Below, piece after piece: positions 42,747 to 57,536 of a stretch of 64,000 nucleotides of DNA. Made by a program: the position numbers and the translations under genes. The DNA lies in NCBI GenBank assembly GCA_012295275.1, contig CM022666.1, positions 7,626,001 through 7,690,000 on the forward strand, read 5' to 3'. This DNA is from Chrysomallon squamiferum (Eukaryota > Animalia > Mollusca). Below the pieces are notes generated by a model that ran no database searches, had not been told where the DNA came from, and saw only the letters and a list, made by a program, of their open reading frames with translations. Position 1 is the first letter of the stretch, and every line of letters begins with the position of its first letter.

Positions 42747-44039
42747 CAGTATATAGTAGAAGGCCAAATTAATAGTAATAATAGTAGTAATGGTAGCTGT
42801 TGTCGTGTAGTCGTCTTTGCAGTAGAAACACCCAGTAAGAGTAGCACTAATAGTAGCTGTAGTGGTAGAAGTAGTGATGGTAGTAACAGTAGATTTGCTA
42901 GTAGCAGTAGTCGAAGTACACAGGAGTGAACTGTCACGCTGTGTTTTTTCTTACAGACACATGTGAAATACTGCCAAGGTTTGATTACGCTGTATCCGAT
43001 CTGATTTATTATTTATTCAGCTTCACTCAAAGCTGTTACGACATGAAATGTAATTGGAAATGAGAAACAAGCTTTACGGTTAGCGAGCTGTGGATTAGGT
43101 GTGGTCTCCGTAACGATAATTAAAATGCTGGTATCTTATTATTTCTAAACGAAAGAACACTTGATCGCTCTAATATCAACAGATGTATAGAGGTAACAAA
43201 TGTTTAGTTTAAATCGTGATTTTTATGTGAGTGTGTGTGTGGCTATGCATTTATTTATTTAGTTAGTTAGTTATGTATGTATGTATGTATGTATGTATGT
43301 GTGTATGTATGTATGTATGTATGTATGTATGTTTATGTATGTATGTATGTATGCATGGTTCACGCGAGTGTTTATCACTAGCCAGTCACGTGGAAGGAGA
43401 TCACGTGACCACCTGTAGGAATAGCTGAAAAAATGCACTGACTTGCTGTTGGAAATAAAGATTTACAATAAACACAGATCTTTTAAACTTGCATACAAAT
43501 TAAATTAACTGAGACGGGCATGATGAATGTTTGCATATATTCAGATGGATAGTACAGATTACAGTGTACAGATCTGTGCAAGCAGGAATCCGAGACACTG
43601 GGCTGCAAGTAATCGTAAATAAACATGAGAATTCAACTGAATAAAACACTGAATGACTTGCTGAGATTTTCTGTGGATGGACTAGACTGCCTTGTTTTGA
43701 TTTCAGTAAGACTCTGAAAAAAAATGATGAATAAAATTCGAAGATTTACAGTCAGTTGCCGCCCAAGTATTCAACTGTTAGCTGATTTGTACAAATATCT
43801 GTGTTGGGTGTTTAAATAAATATTTGGTGTTTTCAACGCATCTGTCTTATTGTCTCATTTTTCTTCACCAAACCTCACTTCTGCCTGAATCTAGAGTGAG
43901 AAATCACTTCTCCCTATTTTTAAAGTTTAGCTTGAAACCTGATGTATGTATGTATGTATGCATCCATGTCTGAATGTATGTGAATGTATGTATTAGTTTA
44001 TGTATTATATATTTAAATGTTTGGGTTGTGAAGAGTGTT

Positions 44040-44096
<57 letters not shown>

Positions 44097-46158
44097 TATA
44101 TATACAAATTAATCATTCAATAACAATTTTAATTTTACATTAGTCACATAGTTACTGCTATTCTGTTTCGGTATAATTATGTGCTGACTTTCTCGTCTAA
44201 TACCGCCGTGTAAGTTACTGGAATAATATCGAATTTTCCCTTCAGATATCAAACTGTCATCAACTGCCTAACTTATACCTCTCCAAACTGACCTACAACA
44301 GCAGCAACGTCCATCACGTCTGCAAGTCAAACACAACCGAGGTGACCCTTCGTCTGTAACGCGGCTCCGAGCCATTTATAAAAATCTCCGCTAGCCCAAA
44401 ATGGCGTGCTCATTAGCGGTTCCGTGTTGACTCGAGGAAATAAATAAATCTGTGTCTTGATACGTTCATTTCTAGACCAATAACAAACAAATAAATCAAC
44501 AGACGTTTTCTTTTTCTTTTTTTTTTTTTTTTAGGTTTACTGACTTTACACGAGTAAAGAAGACGAGGCTGACATGTTTTCGACAAGACGGCACAGAGTT
44601 CTCGACTGCAGCTGCTAATGAGCGGATTTCAAGCTTCAGAAATTGGTCTGGTCGAAAAGGCGACATTTTGTCATATCGACATGCTGTAGGATTTCTTTTT
44701 TTTTTTTTTTTTTTTTTTTGAACACGATTCCTATTCGCTGGGACAACATCTGGAGGCTGGTGTAATTTGTTGTAATTGTATCTCGCAACAAACGATGTCG
44801 CGTAGATTTCTGTATCTGTAAAAGGGTCTGACAAATTACCGATGTATACGGAAAGAGTCCGTAAACATACTAATTATAATGCATTTCTTTTTATCATTTT
44901 GTATTATATATATATATATATGAAACGGGAGATACGCACAAAGCAGTGTTTAATCTGCAGAGTGCAAGGCCTTATAATTACGTAATTAAAGCAAACTCTT
45001 GATACCAGTGTATTTCATTCTAACCATAATTCATCAGACAGGAAAAAATATAGTTTAATCGAAATATTTGAAAAAAGATCTTCAGATATTGCTGACAGTA
45101 GATTTTTTAAAATTAAAGCTTTCACTATTCTACATACGTTCTATTCTTTAAATTCTATTCTATATTCCTTTCAGTTATAACTAACACCGAAATATGACAA
45201 CAAAATAATACAGGTCAATAAATTATCTAGACGCCGCCATAGTTCTAAAGTTGTGACGTCACTGCATACAGGACAGACCGATTTGCTCTGCTGTCTTCTA
45301 GCATTGGCGGAAAAAATAAATACATAATGTGATGACGTCACGATTGCAATATTAAGGGGATACAATGGCGGCGCTCAAATGCTTTATAACAGTATTGTTC
45401 TATTGTCATCACGTGTTATTAACGACTGCAGGTCATTCAAGCCGAATAAAATAATAACTTATAAGTAAAAATAATTTTTATTTTGGTTGTTATTATTATT
45501 ATTATTATTAGTGTTTACTTTATTTATTATTATTATTATTGTTATTATCATCATCATCATCATCAAGATCATCATTACTATTTATTATTTATTTACAAGA
45601 ATATTTATTCGTACTGCTACAAGTACTCTCGAAAGAATGTGAGCATTTTACGACTGGAAAACATTTTAAAAGTTCCAGACGTACTTTTCGTTAATGACAT
45701 GACCCTCACCTTAACCATTATGTTTCTCTCCGTGTTTAAGCCCAAGCCACTGCGGAGGACGGGTGCAAAACCGCACAGACTAATGTTCTGTTTTATAAAT
45801 TATTAAACTCTTGGGCGCAGACAAAATTAACAGAATGAACTAAGTAATTTAATCTTATCACGGACATAATGTACTGGCGTTCTCTGCATTTAACTTAGTT
45901 TAAATTTAATTCAAATCTTTTTAGATTAACTGTTCTATTTCGAGACTCTTTCTGCGACAAGAATGAGGTTGCTGTTACGTTCCCAAAACTGCGACTCAAA
46001 ACAGCGGCTTTAATTTTTTTATCAGAGTCCGTATTAGCAAACTTTGTTGATGGGCCTTGAAAAGGTATATAGATTAAGTTATATTTTTTATATATTTCTG
46101 TTTTTTTACGGCTGTTAGTCACTACAATCGCAATTATTATTATTATTATTACTACTAC

Positions 46159-46233
<75 letters not shown>

Positions 46234-46984
46234 GTTCATAAGCATTATTTTTCTGTCATAGCAATCAACTTTTCTCAAAGTTTGTGCCAAGGGATTTAAA
46301 TGGATATAGCCATGTCGAAGGTCATTTAATCAGTACTGTTGTTACGTCACGGGAATAATAAACAATTTTATGAATATTCATAAGGCTACACTTAACCCCG
46401 TTGTAAACACAATGGTCACTGATTTCTTTAGGAAATGCCTCGCGATAAACGATTCCCTTTCATCGACAAGTCCTCTGTAATCGATTAATCGATCCAAAAC
46501 AATATCGATTTTAAATAACGGAAGAATAAAAACGTATCGAGACAAATCGTGGCTGAATGGGTACAAGTGAAACGCTGCGGAATTGCCTTCATTTCGCCTA
46601 TTAGATTGTCTTAATATTTATTGCTTTCCGTTGTCTTCGGGACTCATAAAAACTAATATTAGTGTTCTGAGATCTGCGGACAGATTAGCCTCGAGAAATT
46701 ACATCTGCGCATGCTGTCTGTTGTGAGCTTATTGAAGATATGCTTGGAAGAGAAACACGGAGAAAAGACATCGAGATAATGAGTGAGCGAAGGAGAAGAA
46801 CAGAGAGAGACAAAACAAAACAGTGAGAGAGAAGAAGGTAGGTAGACAAAAGGCACAGAAAACGAGAGAAGAAGAAGGAGAGAAAACAGATGGAGAGAAA
46901 AAAAGAAGAAAAGAAGAAAAGAGGGAAAAGAGATGGAGAGAAAAAAGAAGAAGAAGAAGAAGAGAAAGAGAGAGAGAGAGAGAA

Positions 46985-47030
<46 letters not shown>

Positions 47031-47184
47031 TTTCTTGGTTGTTTTTTTTTTTTTTGAATTTCTATTACAGTATTAGTTGCTTTTTATGACTTCGTGCATT
47101 TTATGCCACTGAGGAAATTACGTGGATCAGGAATGGATTAAATTTACATTAAAAGTACGAAATGGAACCGGAGATTTTATGTTT

Positions 47185-47240
<56 letters not shown>

Positions 47241-47903
47241 CACTGCAGAGAATTTGGCCAAAAAAAAAAAAAAAAAAAAAAATTAAAAGGCACTGAAGTT
47301 TAACACATGATATCTAAAAAACCAACTTTTGAAACTGTCTAAACATTTGAATACTTAAGAATATGGATAGTGTCCATTTGTAGATGAAATTTCGAGATAC
47401 TGTCTCTAGAATCAAGTCCACAGTCAAAATGACGGTTTCGGAATTGCGTGGTAAAAGTTCACTGAGTACACTGCACTGACACCTGTCAATCAAGTGTCGT
47501 CTCGAAATGTCGTCTGGCTGGAGGGAAAATAGACAAAAGCTCTGAGAAGGAGAAATAAAATATTTAGCCATTTTAGCCTTCTTTTTCTTCTTTCTTTCTT
47601 TCTTTGTCTTAATTTTTTTTTTTTTTTTTTTTTTTTTTTTGCCCAACCGATTTATATATATAAGAAGTAAATAACATATACTCTGTCCTCCCACCATCCC
47701 TCACAAAAATAATCCATAATAATATAATGGTGACGTAGAGAACTTTATGACTTCATAATGACATTACGTTTATCAAATGCGTCTTTTACATTAGCATAGT
47801 TTTACATGTGTGTATATACGTAACGTAGTCAGAGAGTCGCAACGTTAAACTCCCAATCTATAGTATTTGATATGTATGTATATATAAGTATATATACACA
47901 CAC

Positions 47904-47934
<31 letters not shown>

Positions 47935-47937
47935 TAT

Positions 47938-47970
<33 letters not shown>

Positions 47971-47994
47971 TATATACATACATACATATATACA

Positions 47995-48044
<50 letters not shown>

Positions 48045-49145
48045 CATACATACATACATACATATATTTATTTATTTATTTTTTCTCATCAAACGATATT
48101 AACAACATATCGAAAACTGACTGTCTGGGACCTAACAGAATCGTTATCACAGTATATTACTATATTATTATTACATACAAGAATCTATCAGACCACAGTA
48201 ATAGCTTTCTGTTTCAATATATCTGTTATAGAACCGACGATATGCTTCATTAAACAAACTCATACGTCAGTGTAAATTTTGATTCTTCTTCTGAGAGCTG
48301 TATCATTATTATCTGGATACATCTTCAACAGCACTGTTTTGACGTCATGATGTTAATATATCTCCTGATAGTATACTTCTGTTAATATAATATTAATATA
48401 TCTGGTGATAGTCCAGCGGTGTTATTACAATCTTGGTGTATCTTTAATACTATATTGTTGACATTATAATAATTATTAATAAATTGCCTGATAGGATAGT
48501 TATGTTGTTTTTTTTGTTTTGTTTTTCAATTTTGATAAATCTTTAACAGTACATTTTTGACATCATAACATTCAAATATCTCCTGGTAAAACATATATAT
48601 TATTATAACATTGTTTCGTGTTATAATAATTTTAATAATCTACGGACAGTTTTGGCTTATATTTACAATCTTGATATCTCTTATACTTCTGCTGTTGTGA
48701 CACCCAGTGTTAAACCTATTATCTTGACACACTGTCAGTTTTAGCTTTCAGAACTAGATTAACAAAGTAGATTTTTGTTTGTTCGTGTTCCCCGTTGTCC
48801 TCACATCTGAATGTCTGTTGCATGCGTCTGACAGAGCTTAGACAGTTTGTCAGATTTAAAAGCGAAGCCGTCAGCATGATGATAAAAGCGTTAGACATGC
48901 TGACGAAGTCGTCGGATGTGATAACAGAGTTGTTGGATATAAAGTAGTAGTAGTACTATTGATTGTAATAATGATTGCAAAAGTACTTTTCCTAGTAGCA
49001 GTAGTAGTAGTAATAGTAGCGGTAGTGGTTGAGTTGTAGTGATAGTAGTGGTAGTAGTGCTAGTACAAGTAGTAGAAGTAGTCATAACAGTCTTATTAGT
49101 AGCAGTAGTTCGTAAGTTTATATTAAATATTCAACAGCAAAAAAC

Positions 49146-49181
<36 letters not shown>

Positions 49182-49944
49182 AAGAAAGAAAAAAGACATA
49201 CATAGTTATTTGATTTCTGGAATAAAACAAAACCGTTTTTCACATTTATTTAGTTACAGCTTTTTTTTTCTTCTTCTTTTTTTTTTTCCTTCTTCATAAA
49301 CCCCACCATTATATAAAACGAGTTAAACGAAAATTAATACCCAGTTTTCCCCTTTATTGTTTTTCATCTTTATTATGACGTAATAAACAATCATTTACGT
49401 CATAAAAATAATTCTACAGAATCTCACATGCTGCATATACAGTTGTACTTCTTCGTTTTCAGTAATTTTATCCCCAAAAGCAGAAGGGCTAATTTGAAAA
49501 TTGAATTTGCAGAAAACCTTAAATGGAAAGAAAATAAATGAGTATTGGAAATAAAGCAAAAGCTATATTTGACAGATGTGGAAAATTACTTAATCAAATT
49601 TAGTAATTCATTTGAAGATAAAAAGAAAAAAGTAACGTACTGGATGTCTGGACAATATCATACGTCGTCGTTATGTTGTTGCTGTTGGTGATGACGAAAA
49701 TGAAGTGTTGTGTTTCCTTAATCACATTTTCTTTTGTTATTTTTTTCTCTTGTTATTGCTTTTATGAGTGACTGTCTAGCAGTTACTTATTTATTTATTT
49801 ATTTATTTATTTAATGTTATACTACATCACTATAACACCACTGCTACCACTACCACCACGATCACTACTGCTATTATTTTGCTGCTGATATTACTACTGC
49901 TGCTACTACTTCTCTTGTCACTACTACTACTATTACTACTACTA

Positions 49945-49976
<32 letters not shown>

Positions 49977-50059
49977 GTCAGTAATATTTTAACTATTCTA
50001 ATACTACTAGTACTTACTTTTATTAATATTGTTGTTCTTGTTTTTGTTGTTGATAATGC

Positions 50060-50122
<63 letters not shown>

Positions 50123-50460
50123 TCCATTGCTAAAATTGACGAAGGAATATTTCAAGTGACGTAATAAACAATCATTTGACGTCATTAAATTTCTTCTAGC
50201 TTGTGGTTGCCACAGATAGACTTAGAAAAGGAAAACTGTTTTCGAAATAGTTTGCCTAAGTAAAAACTACAAAGTAACGAAATCTTAAGTAAGATAGGCA
50301 AGTTAATTTACATGAAATTAATCAATTCGATTAACGTAAAAACAAACAAAATAAACAAAGGAAAAAAAAATCATATAAAAATCGGAGCAATAAAGTTTTG
50401 ACTTAATGTATTCTAGTTTTATACTTTGAAATGGGCAGTTTGTTGTAGTTATTTCACTGT

Positions 50461-50602
50461 TTGCTGCTGCTACTAATGATATGAAGTTGCTGCTGCTACT
50501 AATGATATGAAGTTGCTGCTGCTACTAATGATATGATGTTGCTGCTGCTGCTGCTAATGATATGATGTTGCTACTGCTACTAATGATATGATGCTGCTGC
50601 TG
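50461..50602. repeat. 26-bp minisatellite TTGCTGCTGCTACTAATGATATGA(A/T)G, about 5 copies
   Basis: Directly visible tandem units. Confidence 0.9.
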
Positions 50603-50951
50603 ATCACAATTACGTCAATGCAGGTAAGAAGATATGTTGGTTTTGCTTTCTTTTATTTTCAGGTATCTCTGTGTTCTTTTAAATTAACTTTTTCAAAAAC
50701 TAAAACTTAAATAAATTAAAATATAAAATTAATTTAAACACATACATAAAAATAGATACATACCTACACACATATATTTACACATATATTCACATATATA
50801 TATATAGACACATACTCATACATACAAACACACACACACACGCACATATATACATACATTATACATTTATAGAATAAACATCAATATATCCAATGACAAT
50901 TTTTGTTAGAAATATATTATTGTTAGTTTTGTTGTTGTTGTTATCATCAAC

Positions 50952-51016
<65 letters not shown>

Positions 51017-51173
51017 ACTACTATTATTATTTATTTATTTATTTAAATATTTTGCGGCGCAATTCTCAAAAACGAAATATTTTTCAAAATCAATGTTTAC
51101 AGCCCGAACAAAGTACCTGCATGTTATTGCGTATTGTGTGTGTGTGTGTGTGTGTGTATTTGTCCTAACAATC

Positions 51174-51228
<55 letters not shown>

Positions 51229-51734
51229 TCCTAACAATCATATATCTTTAGTAATTACTTCATGATTTTGAGTAGAGATCAACGGTTTAAATCTAGAACG
51301 CAAACACGCACATCCCTGAACTGTTTTACAGATTCGCCCGTCAGCAAAGCATTAAACGAAATTTTATAAAGTATTTCTATTGATGGTAAATAATAGGTAT
51401 TGTTCAGATGCTGAGTAACAGGTGTTGCTAAATGTGGAAAAGTACATGCACGTTCATCTTTGGATGTGTTTTTATGTGTGTTTGTGAGTATTTAAATGTG
51501 TCATTTTACGTATTATATAATTAAATATATTCTGTCTCCGTCTTTCTCTTTTGTGTATGTGTGTATGTGTGTAAATATATATTCACATACACACGCATGC
51601 GTGCATATATGTTTTTTTTAGAAAGTATCATTTATATCTTCATATACACACGCGCGCATATTCACATAAGTTTACACAGAAATATATTCATAGAACCAAA
51701 AAACTATTATCTCTCACTTTGAGTCTCTCAACAT

Positions 51735-51905
51735 AAGGTTGGCTTATGGGTGAATGGGTTCGATTCTCGACAGTGGCGTCTGACGACGTGTGAGGTAATG
51801 ATTCAACTTTGTCCTCCTGCGCCAGTGCGTTCCCGAAAACTGTCTATAAGTAGTGTCTAATCAGATGTACATAACACAGTCATTATGTACGCCTAAATAC
51901 ATACA
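51735..51905 (+). mobile_element. Possible tRNA-derived SINE remnant
   Basis: B-box-like GGTTCGATTC near 51757, a GC-richer body, then an (ATAC)-rich tail; no clear A box or TSD. Confidence 0.35.
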
Positions 51906-52330
51906 CAAAATACACATACATTCATCCGTATATACATCCATACATACATCCATCGATCCGTACATACATCCATATATTCACAGACATATAAATAATATAC
52001 ATGCATTCACAAACCCTTACACACAAACACATATTCATAGGTATAGGCATACATACAGTATTATGCTAATATTTACGACATATGCAAATTGCCATTCTGC
52101 ACACCTGTAGTTTTAATTACTGTTTTAAAGGTGGCCTCATTGCTCTAGGGAAATAAACAGTGGTTATCCTCTCGGTCAAAGCAATTCGCTATTTTGTTTT
52201 TTATGTTCTTATCGATTTTTGATCTACTGCACAAACACAGAAAGAGGTTGTGTACAATCATATGTAATTATATATCTGTATAGTGTTAGCTGGACTTAGT
52301 GTGATAGATATCGGAGTTTCATTAATTTGT

Positions 52331-52406
<76 letters not shown>

Positions 52407-52565
52407 GTTTAAGTATAGGAGAACGTGGGATAGAGAGTAAGAAAGAGGTAAGGAGTGAGAAAGAGACAAAGAAAAATATACACATAGAAAAGAAGAGGTG
52501 AATACTGAAACGTAGAGCGACACACAGAAACACAAAAAAAAAAGAAGACAGAGAAAGAGCGGGTT

Positions 52566-52672
<107 letters not shown>

Positions 52673-52835
52673 CGAACCTACAAACAGAGACAGAAAAAGA
52701 ACGAAGAAACATATACATATATATGTATAAACATAGAGAAACAGCAATGGCAGGCAAAAGAGTATAATATTTAATACTGTAACAAATCTACCACGTTTCT
52801 TAATAAAACAAACACTTTTTTTTTTTTTCACTTAC

Positions 52836-52997
52836 GTTTCCGAAACCCCACTGCACGTGTACTTCGGGTTGTTCGGTCTGCCACAGAATCGTATCGTTTG
52901 GTGGCGAGCACGTGAGTTCTTGACTTATTAATCCGGGTACGTATCCAATCAGAAAAACTAACGCTAACTCCTTCCAAAGACTTTTTCTCGTAGACAT
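52836..52997 (-). CDS. EYS-like EGF membrane protein, exon 1 (signal peptide and start of N-domain: MSTRKSLWKELALVFLIGYVPGLISQELTC..WQTEQPEVHVQWGFGN)
   Basis: Basic N-terminus plus hydrophobic stretch; GTAAGT donor at 52835 in phase 0 fits exon 2; the W..Q....V.W...N pattern matches the recalled vertebrate EYS N-terminus. Confidence 0.8.
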
Positions 52998-54094
52998 TTT
53001 CAATAATGTCCTTCTTGTCTTGTTTTTGTTTTGCTTTTCTAAATTACAATCTGAACTTCAGGAATCAATTTTATGGAAACAAAAAAAATATATATATTAT
53101 TAACGAAATTAATGTTTGTTTCAAATAGAAAAGAACTTTTATTAATTTATTTCTCCTTTTCTTTTCACGTCTGCTAATATTTACTCAACTACATTATGTT
53201 TTCGAAAACCTCGTATGTTCGATCTAACTTGAAAAATCGCTTTCGCACTTTTGGAATCCAAGATCAGAATTTCGACTTCTGCTGCTCCAGTTTGAATAAC
53301 TGTCACTTTCTTTGCTGACTTTTTACCCTGTGTTTCTTTTTCTCTCTCTCTCTCTCTCTCTCCTCGCCAATCTCAAACGCTGGTTATTCTATTGATCTCG
53401 CTAGAACGGCAGTGGTAAAATAAGTTCAAATAACAACACACGAAATGAGATCGCCTGTCCCCTGTTGCCCGGATGTTGTTAGACTGGTATACATTTGCGC
53501 TGGCCTGTCTCAACCAGGTGTCGCCTTGTGATAACAATTCGCCGCTCGCCAAAACGTGAAAACATCGTGAATAAATGTATTGGATAGAGCGAGCGGGAGT
53601 TTTATTACAAAGCGTAAAGTGTGCGTATTTCATCGATCCCCGCAGATACAGTCTGGAACAATCTATGGGCCACATTAAATATACATTTATTAATGGATTC
53701 CACTGTACCACTGATGGTATGCAATAAAATCCAGTGAATAATGCTTAACGAAAGAAGAGAATGTAATTCGAAAGTAAAATGAAATAACTGATTACCGTTT
53801 GTACAAGTTTAGTGTATAATTTATTTCTAATCTCGTATAAATATACATTCGATATGCATTGATAAATGAAATTAGGACACATTAGGTTTACTAGTAAAAA
53901 TTGATTTAACTAAATAAATAAAATAAATAAATAGGTATGTAATTATGTTTTTATATATGTAGGTATACATGTACGTATATGTGTGTGTGGATGAATGGAT
54001 GGATGTATCTTTGTAATTATGCTTGCGTGCATTTATGTTTGTATGTATGTATGGATGTACGCAAGTACATATATGTTTGTGTCAACCAGCGCGC

Positions 54095-54158
54095 GCGCTA
54101 TCGTGTACGTGCATGCGCCATCGTGTACGTGCATGCGCCATCGTGTACGTGCATGCGC
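54095..54158. repeat. 20-bp tandem repeat GCGCCATCGTGTACGTGCAT, 3 copies
   Basis: Directly visible; about 1.1 kb upstream of the EYS-like ATG. Confidence 0.9.
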
Positions 54159-54344
54159 CTAAATGTAAAACTACCTAAACAAGTCATTAACACAATTTAT
54201 TTCTTCAGACCGCTCACAACTAGGTTAAATTCATCTAATGTTTCTTCTAAATTTATATATATATATATATATATATTTACCATTCCGAAATAAATTTAGA
54301 AAAAACGACGGGGATACTTTTATGTAATTAGGCAGGCCGTGATT

Positions 54345-54471
54345 AACCGGTTCTGTTCCATTTTCCTCTTCCGTATTCGGAAGTGAATGACCTACAAACC
54401 GGATGTTGTTGTTAGCGACAGTAATTAAACCGGAAGTAGACGTAAACCGGATATTTGGTGAAACCGGATGC
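54345..54471. promoter_or_regulatory. Cluster of ETS-like (CCGGAWRY) and Grainyhead-like (AACCGGTT) motifs
   Basis: AACCGGTT 54345, CGGAAGT 54378, AACCGGATGT 54397, AACCGGAAGT 54428, AACCGGATAT 54445, AACCGGATGC 54462. Confidence 0.45.
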
Positions 54472-56589
54472 AAGGTATCCTGGATCCGAGTTCATGACGT
54501 AGAGAAACATAAAGAAAGAAAGAAAATAGGATGTTTAATCAAGGTTATCTTGACCTTTTACCCCTTCTTTCTTTCTTTTTTTTCTTCTTTTTCTTTTGAA
54601 TTCTTGATGATTATGATGTATAAATATTTGCTGTTTTTGTCATTGTTGTTATTGTTATTGTATCGTACTGTTCTAATCTGTTATTTTTTCTTCTTTTTCT
54701 TTTTCTTCTTCTTCTTCTTCTTCTTTCTTTTCTTCCCCTGTCTTCTGCCTTTCGTATTACTTCTGTTGTTGCTGTATTTATTAATTTAGATATTTTTGAC
54801 CTCTTGCAGTTATCTTTAAATTGTATTCTGTGCTATTTATTATTTTCTTTGCTGCTGTTTTTATGTTTGTTTTGTAGTTGTTGTTGATGTCTCTGACGTT
54901 GATGTTGGCACTCCTGCTTATGTAAATGTAATATAAGGAAACTTGAATTAAAATACGTAATTTTAATACAAATTATTCTTGTTTGCTCTATATTTATTCA
55001 TTCACATATAATGATGATAATGATAATAATAGTAATTACTACTACAACTACACGTTATCATTATCGTTATGTTTTTAATTTTTAGCATTATTTTTAATAA
55101 TAATAATAATAATAATCCTCTTTTGGCGTCTCTCTCTTCATATTTCTGGTTTTTTATTTATTTTTCACCCTTTATCTTCACTAATGCTCATAAAACAGAG
55201 TGGAACCGACAGCCAGAAAGAGCGAGACAGACAATTATAACAAATCTACATACATACGAGAAAACGAAAAGAAAATGACTATTTACCAGTCGATGAGCAC
55301 CGAGACGTGTTAATATATTACGCCTCAATCAATAGGACTGCCATTTCGTTTTATGTCGCCTTCGTGAAAATATCACACTTTATCTCGTTAAGAAGCCCGG
55401 TTGCCAGTCAGACCTTTAACTGTACAGCCCACGACGTTAATTTTGACGTGTATCGAATTATCGAGACTAAATCTTCCACTTCCGCTTCTCCCTCGGGCAT
55501 TAGTTTTTTTGTGGGTTTTTTCGCGAAAAGCGTACAACATATTAAATAAAAGATAAATCGCGATTATACGAGATTAAGAGATTAGGCGGCACTGAAACAA
55601 AGTACAAACACTTCGAATTAAAAGAAATGATTCCAGTAGCAACGTATCAGAGAAATGCATCGTATTGCTTGATGTGTCTTTTTGAGATAATAGTGAATGT
55701 AGGACTAAATGATGGAACGAAAATGTTAGCCTGTTGAATTTATATTTCTGGATCGATATGTCCGGCGTCTGTTTTATCTTCAACATGTAAGTAATGGTTG
55801 CATGCATCTGATAAATGGCTGCCCTGTCACGCGCAGATGTAACTAGAGACCATAACGTAAATGAAAGGCTTATCTAAGATCAAGACTAGCTTTTTAGATT
55901 CTTTTTTTTTTTCTTCAGTTTAATTTTTATTAGCTTGAGGGTGTTTGTTTTTTTTATCTTTTTTTTTTTTCATTTCTTTCTTTTTTTTCTTATTTATTTT
56001 CTCTATTTCTTTATTTCTCTTCTGTTTTTCTTTGAATCTTTATTATTATTATTCTTATTATTATTATTATTATCATCATCATCATCATTATTATTAATAA
56101 AATACAAAATAATGCTAAAAATGTTCCTTTTATTATTTTAATATTTATTTTCATTTTTAATATTATTATTATTAATACTTGTTTTTTTTTATTTCTCTTC
56201 ATTTCTTTTCTTTTTATTTTATAATCTTTTCTTTGTCTCTCTTTTGTTTACTTATTTATTTCTATCATCAATATTCTTTAAGGTGCCCTTTAAGTTGTAA
56301 CCCGTTCCAACCAATACTCAATATATTATTTATCAGAACCATGATAATGTCTATGGAAATATAAACCTGATGAGCGGGTTTTTTCTCTAAAACGTTTGAC
56401 TGAAATCTAGAAACTTTTAGTATTAAAATATTCTTCCGAATATTTTAATTTCGCATATAATAAAACAGTATAATACTAATTCCGAAAATATTATAATGTT
56501 ACATTTAAAATAATGTATTAGAGAAAATGTTAAATTTCTAATTACTTGTGTTAGTAACATTAGTAGGTAACAACAACAACAACATTATT

Positions 56590-56625
<36 letters not shown>

Positions 56626-56629
56626 TTCA

Positions 56630-56690
<61 letters not shown>

Positions 56691-57492
56691 TATTATTGTT
56701 GTTATTGTTATTATAGTTGTTTATTTATGAAAATAATTTCTTTGTTTATAAAATTAATATATACCTACATGGTTTTAGTATTTCTATATATAATAGTGAA
56801 TAAAGGATTTTAAATTCATAGCAAACAGGATTACAGATTGAAATAAAACATGAAACTCTAATACGTTTCATTTCTTATGTGTGTGTGTGAACGTGTGCGT
56901 GTGTGTGTGTGTGTGTTAATAAATATTCATGAAATGACTGTTATATATTGCTGTAGTATATTAATGATAAATACATATAAATAAGACGGATATATTTAAC
57001 TGAAAGCATTTAATGTGAAAATGTTAAATACAGTCTGTTTAATTTTCTATAAAATTAATATAAATCTTTTAAGTATTTATGAAAAACGTATAATTTTGTA
57101 GGGTATTAATGATAACTTTTAATAACATATGATATTAATAAAGAACATTGCATTTTAGATTTTTTTTAAATGAATTACTATAACATTATATATGTATTTA
57201 TGTAACAAAGTCATGTAATTATTAAAACAGTTTATTTGGTTAAAGCATACAGACACTGTTGTTATTTTCGTTATTAATGACTGTGATGTAATTATATTTA
57301 AATTTTAAAACAAATGAATGGTAGTTTCACTACCCTAAAATACATTTAAGACATTTTATTCTGTACAGATTATTACTTTACATGTAACTTATGATAATAT
57401 TTTGATAACAAAACAAAAAGAAAAGGACGAAAAATCATTAACAAGAATAATAATGACAATAACAAGAACAACTGTAATAATAATAATAATAA

Positions 57493-57536
<44 letters not shown>

